From Pyrinomonadaceae bacterium (lineage in GTDB: Bacteria > Acidobacteriota > Blastocatellia > Pyrinomonadales > Pyrinomonadaceae): a stretch of DNA of 64,000 nucleotides. The notes below the pieces were generated by a model. It searched no databases. It was not told the DNA's origin and saw nothing but the letters and a program-made list of their open reading frames with translations. Made by a program: the position numbers and the translations under genes. The stretch lies in assembly GCA_041497335.1 (NCBI GenBank), contig JBGQGG010000028.1, positions 7,586-71,585 of the forward strand. Reading direction: 5' to 3'. This document shows positions 1-8,438 of the stretch, piece by piece; within the stretch, counting starts at the first letter, position 1, and each line of letters begins with the position of its first letter.

Positions 1-206
1 TAAAGCTCAACCTGAGTCTTGACGGCCGTGGCGATTGTATCGCCGTGGAAGATGACGGTCAGTTCTGAATTGGCATTAGCGTTGTAAGTTTCAGGTCGCT
101 CCACCGACCCATCCGCCGGTAAGCGCCGGTACACATCCCAACCGGCGGCAAAAAGCGCCGCGAGTAAAGCAATTCCGAGGAGTATTCTGACTATGGTCAT
201 TGCCAT
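1..206 (-). CDS. hypothetical protein, N-terminal part only (gene runs off the window start)
   Basis: Reverse-strand ATG at 206-204, frame open to position 1: MAMTIVRILLGIALLAALFAAGWDVYRRLPADGSVERPETYNANANSELTVIFHGDTIATAVKTQVEL. Hydrophobic N-terminus; no family recognised. Confidence 0.4.
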   Translation of the reverse strand, partial: MAMTIVRILLGIALLAALFAAGWDVYRRLPADGSVERPETYNANANSELTVIFHGDTIATAVKTQVEL

Positions 207-312
207 GACATGACGGCTCTGATTCAAATTCTAAACCTCAGGAGGAACAACATATTTATAGCACCGAAGCTCTATTATCAAAGACTGCGGTGGAGATTCG
301 AACCTATTTGCC

Positions 313-436
313 GGGAACGCGGGCGCCCTCGCCCGCAACGCGCCACAACACGAATGTTGCAAACTCATCTGAAATCACTTCCGACAACTCTTGTTCGCGC
401 TTCGCGCTCATTGCGGGCGAGGGCGCCCGCGTTCCC
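313..436. repeat. REP-like doublet: perfect 26-bp inverted repeat separated by 72 bp
   Basis: GGGAACGCGGGCGCCCTCGCCCGCAA at 313-338 and its exact reverse complement at 411-436. Each arm holds its own GCGGGCG/CGCCCGC hairpin. Accounts for spurious ORF 210..443. Confidence 0.8.
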
Positions 437-478
437 AGCTTAGTTGAAAGCCACGCGAATGCGCGATAATCTCAAGCT

Positions 479-1918
479 GTGACAAATCTCTGGGACGACA
501 AGTTGCACGAAGAGTGCGGCGTGTTCGGCATTTACGGGCATCCGGAAGCGTCGCGCCTCACCTATCTCGGTCTGTACGCGTTGCAGCACCGCGGACAGGA
601 ATCGTGCGGCATCGTCGTCTCGAACGGTGAACACCTGCTATCAGAGCGAGATATGGGTTACGTCTCGGAAGCTTTCGATCAGGCGCGTCTGGATCGTATG
701 CCGGGAACCAGCGCGATCGGCCACGTTCGCTATTCAACCGCGGGCGAAGTCTCCATGCGCGAATGCCAGCCGTTTCTGGTCACCTGCCAGCACGGCCAGA
801 TCGCCGTTTGCCACAACGGCAATCTGCCGTTTGCGCGCGAAGAACGAAAGAAACTCGAGCGCGAAGGCGCGATCTTTTCCTCGACTTCAGATACCGAAGT
901 CGTGCTGCATGGGGTGGCGCGTTCGCGCGCGGCGGGCGTGGCCGAAGCGATTCCCGAAGTCCTGCGCCACACCGAAGGCGCGTTCTCAATGCTATTCCTG
1001 ACGCCGAAGGAACTGATCGCGATTCGCGATCCGCGGGGCTTTCGGCCGCTGGCCCTGGGCCGCCTGGAAGACACCTGGGTGATCGCTTCGGAAACATGCG
1101 CCTTCGATCTAATCGATGCCAAGTACGTTCGCGACATCGAGCCGGGAGAGATGGTGGTCATCAACGAAGATGGTTTGCGTTCGTCGCGCCCGCTGTCGGC
1201 CCAGCAGCATTCGATGTGCATCTTTGAGCACGTCTACTTTGCGCGTCCTGACTCGCTCATCTTCGGCCAGTCGGTCAACCTTTCGCGCCACAGGATGGGT
1301 AAGCGTTTGGCGATCGAGCAGCCCGCGGACGTTGACCTCGTTGTACCTGTGCCTGACTCTGGTGTGCCCGCGGCGATCGGTTATTCATCAGAGAGCGGAC
1401 TTCCGTTTCGTTTCGGCCTCGTGCGCAATCACTACATCGGCCGCACGTTCATCGAGCCTAAGCAATCGATTCGCAGTTTCGGCGTGCGCATCAAGCTGAA
1501 TCCGGTGCGTCATCTAATCGAAAATAAACGCATCGTGCTGATTGATGACTCGATCGTGCGCGGGACTACTTCGAAAAAGATCGTGCGCATGGTGCGCGAA
1601 GCCGGTGCGAAGGAGATTCACGTGCGCATTTCCTGTCCGCCGACAATTAGCCCCTGCTACTACGGCGTCGACACGCCCAACAAATCAGAACTGATTGCCG
1701 CGAATATGTCCGTGGAAGAGATTCGCGAATTCATCGAGGCCGACTCGCTCGGCTATCTTTCGCTCGATGGCATGCTGGAAGCAACCGGAATAAACCCGAA
1801 CTCAGCGTGCGTCGCCTGTTGGAACGAACGATACCCGACGCGCATCACCAGCGCGGCCGAGACGATGCGCTCGCGTGAGCAATCAGTGGCGCCTGGCAGA
1901 GTGGCGGTCGAGATTTAG
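479..1918 (+). CDS. purF: amidophosphoribosyltransferase
   Basis: 479 aa, GTG start. N-terminal CGVFGIYGH (Ntn amidotransferase), PRPP loop VLIDDSIVRGTTS, C-terminal Cys residues (CPPTISPCYYG, CVAC) as in the Fe-S class. Confidence 0.95.
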   Translation: MTNLWDDKLHEECGVFGIYGHPEASRLTYLGLYALQHRGQESCGIVVSNGEHLLSERDMGYVSEAFDQARLDRMPGTSAIGHVRYSTAGEVSMRECQPFLVTCQHGQIAVCHNGNLPFAREERKKLEREGAIFSSTSDTEVVLHGVARSRAAGVAEAIPEVLRHTEGAFSMLFLTPKELIAIRDPRGFRPLALGRLEDTWVIASETCAFDLIDAKYVRDIEPGEMVVINEDGLRSSRPLSAQQHSMCIFEHVYFARPDSLIFGQSVNLSRHRMGKRLAIEQPADVDLVVPVPDSGVPAAIGYSSESGLPFRFGLVRNHYIGRTFIEPKQSIRSFGVRIKLNPVRHLIENKRIVLIDDSIVRGTTSKKIVRMVREAGAKEIHVRISCPPTISPCYYGVDTPNKSELIAANMSVEEIREFIEADSLGYLSLDGMLEATGINPNSACVACWNERYPTRITSAAETMRSREQSVAPGRVAVEI

Positions 1919-2052
1919 TTCCCCGCGAAAAATTCGCTTGGCTCCCATCCGATATTCATCAAGTTTAGCCAAAATCCTTACTTGTTGAAGAATCCGGGAA
2001 GGCATACTCTCCCGAAGACTTTTCATGACGTGGTCCCGCTCTCATTTGAAGT

Positions 2053-2370
2053 ATGATTCTGGGCATCGCCGACTCGGTCAATGGAGTTCCGATTCGCCTT
2101 ACTGATGAGAGGTGGGAGCATATTCTTGATTCGCATCCTGAGCTGGCCTCCTATCGTGAAACCATACTTGATGCAGTAGAGAACCCGGACTATATTCTAG
2201 CCAGCAGGCGCGGGGCGCTCGCCGCGGTGGTTGTGCTGGGACGAAAGGCTTTCCTTCACGTCTTCTATGTTGAGAAGACCCGACGTGACGGATTTATTCT
2301 TTCTGCGTATCTTGAAGAAGAGATGGATAAGGCAAAGATCGTATGGCGCAAAGAGAACCAAGAGGAATAG
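2053..2370 (+). CDS. small toxin-like protein, family uncertain (DUF4258-like is from memory only)
   Basis: 105-aa ORF in a lower-G+C patch. Overlaps the next ORF by 28 nt, a typical toxin-antitoxin layout. Sequence IRLTDERWEHILDSHPE...GFILSAYLEEE. Confidence 0.55.
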   Translation: MILGIADSVNGVPIRLTDERWEHILDSHPELASYRETILDAVENPDYILASRRGALAAVVVLGRKAFLHVFYVEKTRRDGFILSAYLEEEMDKAKIVWRKENQEE

Positions 2371-2618
2371 TCACACCCGGCAGAGAAGAACTGCTTAGGG
2401 CTGCGCGCCGGCGTGTCAGCCTCCCGCCGGGTGAATTATTGCTTGACTATCAAGACGACGTGGATACGCTCTACATCCGCCTAAAAGAGAAAACGCGACC
2501 TACCCACAGCAAGAGCGATTTCGACGGCGGGGTCGTCTTCGATTATGAAGGAGAAGAACTGGTCGGCATCGAAATAATGGATATCACCGGTCAGTTGAAA
2601 TACGCCAACCCGTCTTGA
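2343..2618 (+). CDS. DUF2283-like small protein (putative antitoxin partner)
   Basis: 91 aa. Core LLDYQDDVDTLYIRL...GGVVFDYEGEELVGIEIMD matches the remembered DUF2283 pattern (YD..D.LYI.L ... G.IVGIEI). Confidence 0.6.
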   Translation: MAQREPRGIVTPGREELLRAARRRVSLPPGELLLDYQDDVDTLYIRLKEKTRPTHSKSDFDGGVVFDYEGEELVGIEIMDITGQLKYANPS

Positions 2619-2640
2619 TCTGCCTAACCTTACTCTCGTC

Positions 2641-2709
2641 GGTGCGGCTGAGACGATGCATTCGCGTGAGCAGGCGGGCGCGCCGGCAAGGGTGGCGGTG
2701 GAGATTTAG
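2641..2709 (+). other. diverged duplicate of the purF 3' end, including the stop codon
   Basis: Aligns by eye with 1851-1918 (about 52 of 68 nt). Encodes AAETMHSREQAGAPARVAVEI-TAG against purF AAETMRSREQSVAPGRVAVEI-TAG. Confidence 0.8.
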
Positions 2710-2717
2710 AGAAGCGT

Positions 2718-3447
2718 TACAGAACCGCGAGCGGTAGCGACCGGATGCTACCCGGCTCCTTCATAGGAAGTAGCAATGCAACCTCCCCGAGAGTTCCGAG
2801 ATGAACACACTGCGTTTGGCTACCTGATAACATTCCGCGGCTATGGAACTTGGTTGCATGGAAAGCAAGGATCAGTCGACCGCGCTCACAACGCGTACGG
2901 TACTCCAAAGCTGCCGGCCGACGACGCCCGATACCGCTACAATCGAAGCGCACTCGCACAGCCGCCGGTAAAGCTAAGTGCCCGACACCGCGCTCTCGTG
3001 GAACAGGCTATTCGAGAAACATGCGAGATTCGTAAATGGTCCTTCTGGGCCGTGAACGCTCGCACCAACCACGTTCACACTGTAGTGACTAACTGTAAAC
3101 CAGAGCGAGTGCTGAGCGCCTTCAAAGCAAATGCAACACGGAAGCTCCGGGAAGCGAACTGCTGGGACGGCGAGAGAAGCCCCTGGGCATATCGCGGTAG
3201 TAGACGCTATTTGTGGACTGAAAAAGAATTGCTCGACGCCGTAGCTTATGTCTTATACGATCAGGGCGAGCCTCTGGATGACTAAGGTGGTACAGAACCG
3301 CGAGCGGTAGCGACCGGATGCTACACTCAGCGTAGTAACAAGCGGGCTAGTTTTATTTGGTGACGTTGTATTTTTCCGAACGTAGCGACCAATCCAAACA
3401 GGCGAAGTTGAGCCTAGCATCCGGTCGCTACCGCTCGCGGTTCTGTA
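2718..3447. mobile_element. REPtron-like unit: RAYT/IS200-like gene flanked by three copies of one REP
   Basis: TACAGAACCGCGAGCGGTAGCGACCGGATGCTAC at 2718-2751 and 3291-3324 (direct); 33 of its 34 nt inverted at 3415-3447. The HUH-transposase-like ORF lies between the first two copies. Confidence 0.7.
2776..3285 (+). CDS. IS200/IS605-family Y1 (HUH) transposase-like protein, REP-associated (RAYT-like)
   Basis: 169 aa. HUH motif in ARTNHVHTVV and a C-terminal Tyr region AVAYVLYDQG. AGGAAG ribosome-binding site before the ATG; flanked by REPs. Confidence 0.75.
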   Translation: MQPPREFRDEHTAFGYLITFRGYGTWLHGKQGSVDRAHNAYGTPKLPADDARYRYNRSALAQPPVKLSARHRALVEQAIRETCEIRKWSFWAVNARTNHVHTVVTNCKPERVLSAFKANATRKLREANCWDGERSPWAYRGSRRYLWTEKELLDAVAYVLYDQGEPLDD

Positions 3448-3488
3448 ACGGTGCGCCAGTGGCTCGACCGAGCTCGGTGGAGAAACCA

Positions 3489-4163
3489 ATGACAATGTCT
3501 TACGACGACTGGGCCTACGATCAGCACCTAGCCGACATCGGTCGGGAGGAGGAACTCGAGAAGCGAATTGAAGAAATCGCCGTTGATAATGCAAGCTGGT
3601 ATCTGGGCACGTTCGGCGATGCGGTGGAGAACCGCGTTCGCGGACTAATGAACGAAGCCACGTTACTTCTTGAATCTGGTCACATCGGCGCGAGTTTGGT
3701 GCTCAACGCCTCTAGTTTGGAGCTACTAGTTCGGCATTTTGTTCTTAAACCTTTGGTAAGCGGAGCGTTTCTCACGGACGTCTGGGCGGAACTGCTGGTT
3801 GATAAACTTGTGGTTGGACAGTCCGGTAGAGATAGGCAGCTATTACCAATGATTGCGAATGAGTGGGGAATCGACTTGAAGACGATCACACTGTCTGATC
3901 GGAAATCGGCTTGGGATGTATTCGTCTCAGACCTGGTTCCTCTGCGCAATCAGTTTGTTCATAAAGGCGCGTCAGTCTCTTTGGAGAGTGCGACACGAGC
4001 AGCGGAGTGCACTGCCGCGTTGTTCAATGGACTTCTTCCCGCGATAGCCAAAAAACTTCGATTGAGCTGGCCGGAGTCAGGGGCTTGGCACAAGGTCGTT
4101 AAAGGCGTTGGTTCTGGGACGCGTTTTACTGACTACGACCCGCGTGATCCATTCGGCTCCTGA
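3489..4163 (+). CDS. hypothetical protein with HEPN-like Rx4H motif
   Basis: In-frame ATG at 3489 preceded by GGTGGAG; the longer ORF from 3357 reads through the REP copy. All-helical-looking sequence with LRNQFVHKG (R-x4-H) near the C-terminus. Confidence 0.6.
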   Translation: MTMSYDDWAYDQHLADIGREEELEKRIEEIAVDNASWYLGTFGDAVENRVRGLMNEATLLLESGHIGASLVLNASSLELLVRHFVLKPLVSGAFLTDVWAELLVDKLVVGQSGRDRQLLPMIANEWGIDLKTITLSDRKSAWDVFVSDLVPLRNQFVHKGASVSLESATRAAECTAALFNGLLPAIAKKLRLSWPESGAWHKVVKGVGSGTRFTDYDPRDPFGS

Positions 4164-4183
4164 TGTGAACCTATAACTTCGAA

Positions 4184-6511
4184 ATGAGCGTTAAGCGAAA
4201 CCACCTCGTCGGCAAACCCATCCCCCGCAAAGAAGGCCGCAAGAAAGTTACCGGCCAGGCGCTCTATGTCGACGACCTGAGTTTTCCGGGAATGCTGCAC
4301 GGCGTGACTGTGCGCAGTTCAGTGCCGCGTGGCCGCATCAAGAGCATTTCTTTCGATCAACCGCCCGCTACCGCAGGCGGTTCTGACTGCGACATTCCCT
4401 GGAACGAATTCACGATCGTTACCGCCAAAGACATTCGCGATTTGAAGCTTGGCGAAAACTACGTCGCGCTAATCCTCAACGACCAGCCTTATCTCGCCGA
4501 CGAAGTCGTGAACCATCCTGAAGAGCCAATCGTTCTGCTGGCTCACCACGATAAGTACTTGCTTGAAGAAGCGCGCCGCCACGTCTCTATCGAGTACGAA
4601 GAGCTGCCCGCGATCTTTTCTTTGCAGGATTCGCTTGCGCAGAAAGAAATCATCTGGGGCGACGACAACGTCTTCAAAAAGTTTCTGGTAGACAAAGGCA
4701 ACGTTGACGACGCGTGGTCGAAGGCGGATTTCATCGTCGAAGGCGAGTATGAAACCGGCGCACAGGAGCAACTGTACATCGAAACCAATGGCGCCATTGC
4801 GCTGGCGAATGCAGACGAGGGCGTGACTGTCTGGGGTTCGATGCAGTGTCCTTACTACGTTCACAAAGCCCTGATCAAGTTGTTCGGCTTGCCGGAAGAA
4901 AAGATTCGCGTGATCCAGACTGAGACCGGGGGCGGCTTTGGCGGCAAGGAAGAATATCCTTCGATGATTGCCGGGCACGCGGCGCTGCTGGCGTGGAAAT
5001 CGGGCCGGCCGGTCAAGATGATCTACGATCGCGCCGAAGACATGGTGGCCACGACCAAACGTCATCCGTCGCGCACTCGGCACAAGACCGCCGTTGCAAA
5101 GGATGGAAAGCTTTTGGCGATGGAGATCGATTTCGTGATCGATGGCGGCGCGTACTGCACTTTGTCGCCCGTCGTACTTTCCCGCGGCACGATTCACGCC
5201 GCCGGCCCTTACTTCTGTCCGAATGTTCGCATCAAGAGCACCGCAGTCGCGACGAACATGCCACCGCATGGAGCTTTCAGAGGGTTTGGGGCGCCGCAGA
5301 GCATCTTTGCGCTCGAACGACATCTGGACAAAGTTGCTGAAATCACGGGGCTGACTCCGGAAGAATTTCGCCGTCGCAACTTCATTCATGAAGGCGAGAC
5401 GACCGCCACCAATCAAACGATTCGCGAGAAAGTCGACATGGATGGCTTGCTGAACCGAGCCTTCGAGCTAAGCGACTATCACGCCAAGCGCGAACGATTC
5501 GCCAAGGAAAATGCCGAGCCGGATTTGAGCGCGCTTTCGCGCGCTGTGCGGACGAGGGCGTCCGCGCTCCCAGCAAGGCGGATCAAGAAAGGCATCGGCT
5601 TCGCTTCATTCATGCACGGCGCTGGTTTCACCGGCTCAGGCGAAGTCTTCTTGCAATCAGTGGTCGGCGCCGAAGCTACACCGGAAGGCCGGATCAGGAT
5701 TCTGGCGGCCAGCACGGAGATTGGTCAGGGGACAAACACGATCTTTGCGCAGATCGCGGCTGAAGCGCTCGGTCTTAGCTATGATCTGATCGACGTGTCA
5801 CAGCCGGACACGGCTCAGGTTCCGAACAGCGGCCCAACGGTGGCGTCGCGCACCTGCATGATCGTCGGTAAGTTGGTTGAATCCGCGGTGCTCGGTTTGA
5901 AACAGACGTTGGTCGGCAGCGGCTTGTTGAAGGATCAGTTCACGCAGGCAGAATTTCAAAAGGCCTGCGGCGCTTACATTGTAAAGTTCGGCCCACTGAA
6001 ATCATTCAGCAAGTATCAACCACCGCCGAATATTTTTTGGGACGACGAGAAGTATCAGGGTGATGCATACGGAGCATTTGCCTGGGCCGTCTATGTGGCG
6101 GAAGTTTCCGTAGACCTTCTGACCTATGAAGCGCACGTTGATGACTTTGTCGCGGTGCAGGAAGTCGGGCGCGTGATCAATCCGGTGCTCGCCGCCGGAC
6201 AAATCGAAGGCGGCGTAGCTCAGGCGATTGGAATGACGCTTTACGAAAACGTCGTCTGGGAAAATGGGCGCATGGCCAACGGCCAGATGACTAACTACAT
6301 CATGCCGACCGCGGCTGACATTCCGCCGATTCGCGTCTACTTTGAAGAAAATCCGTACGCCTATGGCCCGGCCGGAGCGAAAGGCATCGGCGAGTTACCG
6401 ATGGATGGCCCCGCGCCGGCAATTCTGAATGCGATCGAGAATGCGACCGGCGAGAGTTTCAATCACGTGCCGTTGATGCCGGAAGCGATGATGGAGACAT
6501 TGAACAAGTGA
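4184..6511 (+). CDS. xanthine dehydrogenase family, molybdopterin-binding large subunit
   Basis: 775 aa. N-terminal GKPIPRKEGRKKVTGQALYVDD, GGGFGGKE motif, C-terminal AKGIGELP. Function inferred from the adjacent urate-degradation genes. Confidence 0.9.
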   Translation: MSVKRNHLVGKPIPRKEGRKKVTGQALYVDDLSFPGMLHGVTVRSSVPRGRIKSISFDQPPATAGGSDCDIPWNEFTIVTAKDIRDLKLGENYVALILNDQPYLADEVVNHPEEPIVLLAHHDKYLLEEARRHVSIEYEELPAIFSLQDSLAQKEIIWGDDNVFKKFLVDKGNVDDAWSKADFIVEGEYETGAQEQLYIETNGAIALANADEGVTVWGSMQCPYYVHKALIKLFGLPEEKIRVIQTETGGGFGGKEEYPSMIAGHAALLAWKSGRPVKMIYDRAEDMVATTKRHPSRTRHKTAVAKDGKLLAMEIDFVIDGGAYCTLSPVVLSRGTIHAAGPYFCPNVRIKSTAVATNMPPHGAFRGFGAPQSIFALERHLDKVAEITGLTPEEFRRRNFIHEGETTATNQTIREKVDMDGLLNRAFELSDYHAKRERFAKENAEPDLSALSRAVRTRASALPARRIKKGIGFASFMHGAGFTGSGEVFLQSVVGAEATPEGRIRILAASTEIGQGTNTIFAQIAAEALGLSYDLIDVSQPDTAQVPNSGPTVASRTCMIVGKLVESAVLGLKQTLVGSGLLKDQFTQAEFQKACGAYIVKFGPLKSFSKYQPPPNIFWDDEKYQGDAYGAFAWAVYVAEVSVDLLTYEAHVDDFVAVQEVGRVINPVLAAGQIEGGVAQAIGMTLYENVVWENGRMANGQMTNYIMPTAADIPPIRVYFEENPYAYGPAGAKGIGELPMDGPAPAILNAIENATGESFNHVPLMPEAMMETLNK
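4361..4390. repeat. REP-core-like sequence inside the xdh large-subunit CDS
   Basis: CCGCCCGCTACCGCAGGCGGTTCTG matches the REP at 3421-3445 at 21 of 25 positions, and the CCGC..GCGG hairpin is kept. In frame it encodes PPATAGGSDC. Confidence 0.6.
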
Positions 6512-6978
6512 CGGAAGAAATAGTGATGTTAAGCTTTCTTTTCTTCGATATCGAGCAGGAATTGTTCGCCATCGAAGATTTCAGGGTGGCAATGGAGCGG
6601 CAGCTACCGATAGTTGCGAAGAACGAAACAGATCGATATTACGAGGAGGCCGCCCAACACGACGAAGAGGCAGTAAGACATGGGATGGAACAGTGGGCTC
6701 ACATGTTTTCTGAAGAGACTTTGCCTCGTTTATTTCGATCTCAAATTCTGGTTACCTTATGGGCAGTGTACGAAGCGGCCATCGATGAAATCGGGGAACA
6801 CTTAAGGCGGAGAGGTGGGCACTCGTTGAAGCCTGACAATTTCCGTGGCGGAAAACTAGATCGGCTCAACTCCCTGGCAATCACTCCAATCGAGCATGCG
6901 CAACATGTTATGCTTGCTCCGGAAACTACGCAAGAGGTTCTCTTTTCGCGATCCATTTCAGGCTTCGGAAACCGGTAG
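6508..6978 (+). CDS. hypothetical protein (lower G+C insert in the xdh operon)
   Basis: 156-aa ORF. GTG overlaps the xdh stop; alternative ATG at 6526. No motif recognised. Visibly more AT-rich than its flanks. Confidence 0.5.
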   Translation: MTEEIVMLSFLFFDIEQELFAIEDFRVAMERQLPIVAKNETDRYYEEAAQHDEEAVRHGMEQWAHMFSEETLPRLFRSQILVTLWAVYEAAIDEIGEHLRRRGGHSLKPDNFRGGKLDRLNSLAITPIEHAQHVMLAPETTQEVLFSRSISGFGNR

Positions 6979-7062
6979 CCAGGAGAATTAGTCGGGCAAG
7001 CCTGATTACTATTTCGCAACGGCGCGCGCCTGATAACTCATTCAAACCGAACGACTGCCCTT

Positions 7063-7527
7063 ATGGAACGACTCATCAGCGCCGCGTTTTCCTTTTTGAT
7101 AGGAACCGTCGGACTTTGGGCGGGTCTCAAACAGTTGAGAAACCGCACCCAGCTCAATACCTGGCCAACGACAAAGGGAAAAGTGATTGAGCGCGGCACG
7201 TATCAGCCGTTCATACCGGCTGCGGGTCCGCCCGCGTTTCGCCATTCCCCGTTGGTGAGATACGTCTATCAGGTTTCCGGTAAGGAATTCACCAACGACA
7301 GCATTCGACCAAAACGGATTCAACTGCCGCGACACAACACCAAAGAGTGGGCGCAGAAAATGGCGGAGTCATTCCCCGACGAAGTGACCGTTATTTATAA
7401 CCCCGAAGATCCGGGCGAGTCGTTCCTAGTCCAAACGCCCAGGGCAATGCTATACATTGTGATTGGCGCTTCGTGTCTGGCTATTCTATTTGGACTGCTA
7501 TTTCTGCTGGTTTTTTCGCTGAAGTGA
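7063..7527 (+). CDS. DUF3592-like membrane protein
   Basis: 154 aa. N-terminal TM, then WPTTKGKVIE...VRYVYQVSGKEFTNDS...VTVIYNPEDPGESFL, then a C-terminal TM. This is the remembered DUF3592 layout. Confidence 0.65.
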   Translation: MERLISAAFSFLIGTVGLWAGLKQLRNRTQLNTWPTTKGKVIERGTYQPFIPAAGPPAFRHSPLVRYVYQVSGKEFTNDSIRPKRIQLPRHNTKEWAQKMAESFPDEVTVIYNPEDPGESFLVQTPRAMLYIVIGASCLAILFGLLFLLVFSLK

Positions 7528-7592
7528 ACAATGCGCGCCGTGAAGGTCGTTGAACTAACTCACACGATGCCCTCAGTGAAAGGAGTGGTCCC

Positions 7593-8345
7593 ATGAAGAA
7601 CGAATCCCTCAGATCTTTGGTAATCATCTTCGCGTTAACGCTCGCGCTGAGTTCGCTCGGCGTGAGCGGAGCGCGGCACGCCGGCGCAGAGGTTAAGGCG
7701 GGCCCGGCGAAAGTAACACAAGGACCATGTCCGCCTGCCACTGAGGTGTCTGCCGACGCTGCCCTGGAAAAACTCAAAGCGGGCAATTTGCGCTGGCAGT
7801 CAAAAATGGAGGAACGGAATTGGAGCGAGGAGCGAAAGGAAACCGCTGAGTGCGGGCAACACCCCTTTGCAGTCGTTATCGCTTGCATGGATTCCAGGGT
7901 GCCACCGGAATTGATCTTTGATCGGGGACTCGGCGAGATTTTTGTAATTCGGGTGGCCGGGCCGGTCTTGAATCGCGATGAGCTGGCTTCGTTGGAGTAT
8001 GCCCTGGTCAAGAAGCATGTGAAGCTTGTCCTGGTCCTTGGCCATACGGATTGCGGTGCGGTCAGAGGAGCTGTCGACAGAGAGAGCGGGACTTACCTGC
8101 CCGCGCTGCTACATAAGATCGAGCCGGCCATTACCTATGTTAGTGATCGTTATAATGGTGGGGTTCGGATAACTTCGAAAGAACAGAAGGATCTGGATCG
8201 AGTGTCGATTGCAAATGCGAGGATCGTTCATTCTGAAATCCGCAGGAAGCGTGCGCTGCGCCAGCCGGGCGTTCGAATTAAGTGGGGTCTCTATTATCTG
8301 GAAAATGGCAAGGTCGATTTTGATCCAAAAGACGCCGAGCCGTAG
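7593..8345 (+). CDS. beta-class carbonic anhydrase with N-terminal signal peptide
   Basis: 250 aa. Zinc-ligand motifs CMDSR and HTDCG. Hydrophobic N-terminus SLVIIFALTLALSSLGVSGA. Confidence 0.85.
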   Translation: MKNESLRSLVIIFALTLALSSLGVSGARHAGAEVKAGPAKVTQGPCPPATEVSADAALEKLKAGNLRWQSKMEERNWSEERKETAECGQHPFAVVIACMDSRVPPELIFDRGLGEIFVIRVAGPVLNRDELASLEYALVKKHVKLVLVLGHTDCGAVRGAVDRESGTYLPALLHKIEPAITYVSDRYNGGVRITSKEQKDLDRVSIANARIVHSEIRRKRALRQPGVRIKWGLYYLENGKVDFDPKDAEP

Positions 8346-8438
8346 ATATGGAAACTTCGATCGCCTGAGACTGAAAGAAAGAAGATCCTCAACGCAGAGG
8401 GCGCAGAGGATTTCGCAGAGGACGCGAAGGAAAACTTT

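Noticed and set aside
283-310. tRNA-like T-arm (reverse strand GGTTCGAATCTCC)
   Set aside because: The flanking bases cannot form a T-stem. There is no acceptor stem, anticodon arm or CCA-compatible end. At most it is a fragment.
210-443. 77-aa ORF upstream of purF
   Set aside because: It is read straight through the 26-bp inverted-repeat doublet (313-436). The Arg/Pro/Ala-rich translation is typical of palindrome-derived junk, and there is no ribosome-binding site.
4469-5416. Long antisense or alternate-frame ORFs inside real genes (for example 4469..5416-, 28475..29224+, 33394..34116-, 40026..40733-, 44406..45257+, 48097..48795+, 56319..57083+, 57531..58397+)
   Set aside because: These are shadow ORFs expected in high-G+C DNA. 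Their translations are Arg/Ala/Gly/Pro-rich with no motifs, whereas the opposing frames carry clear family signatures.
6508-6978. Idea that this ORF is a second HEPN (RiboL-PSP-like) gene truncated at ...GFGNR-stop
   Set aside because: No R-x4-6-H motif occurs in frame or in the frames just downstream. The resemblance is only a helical composition, so it stays a plain hypothetical.
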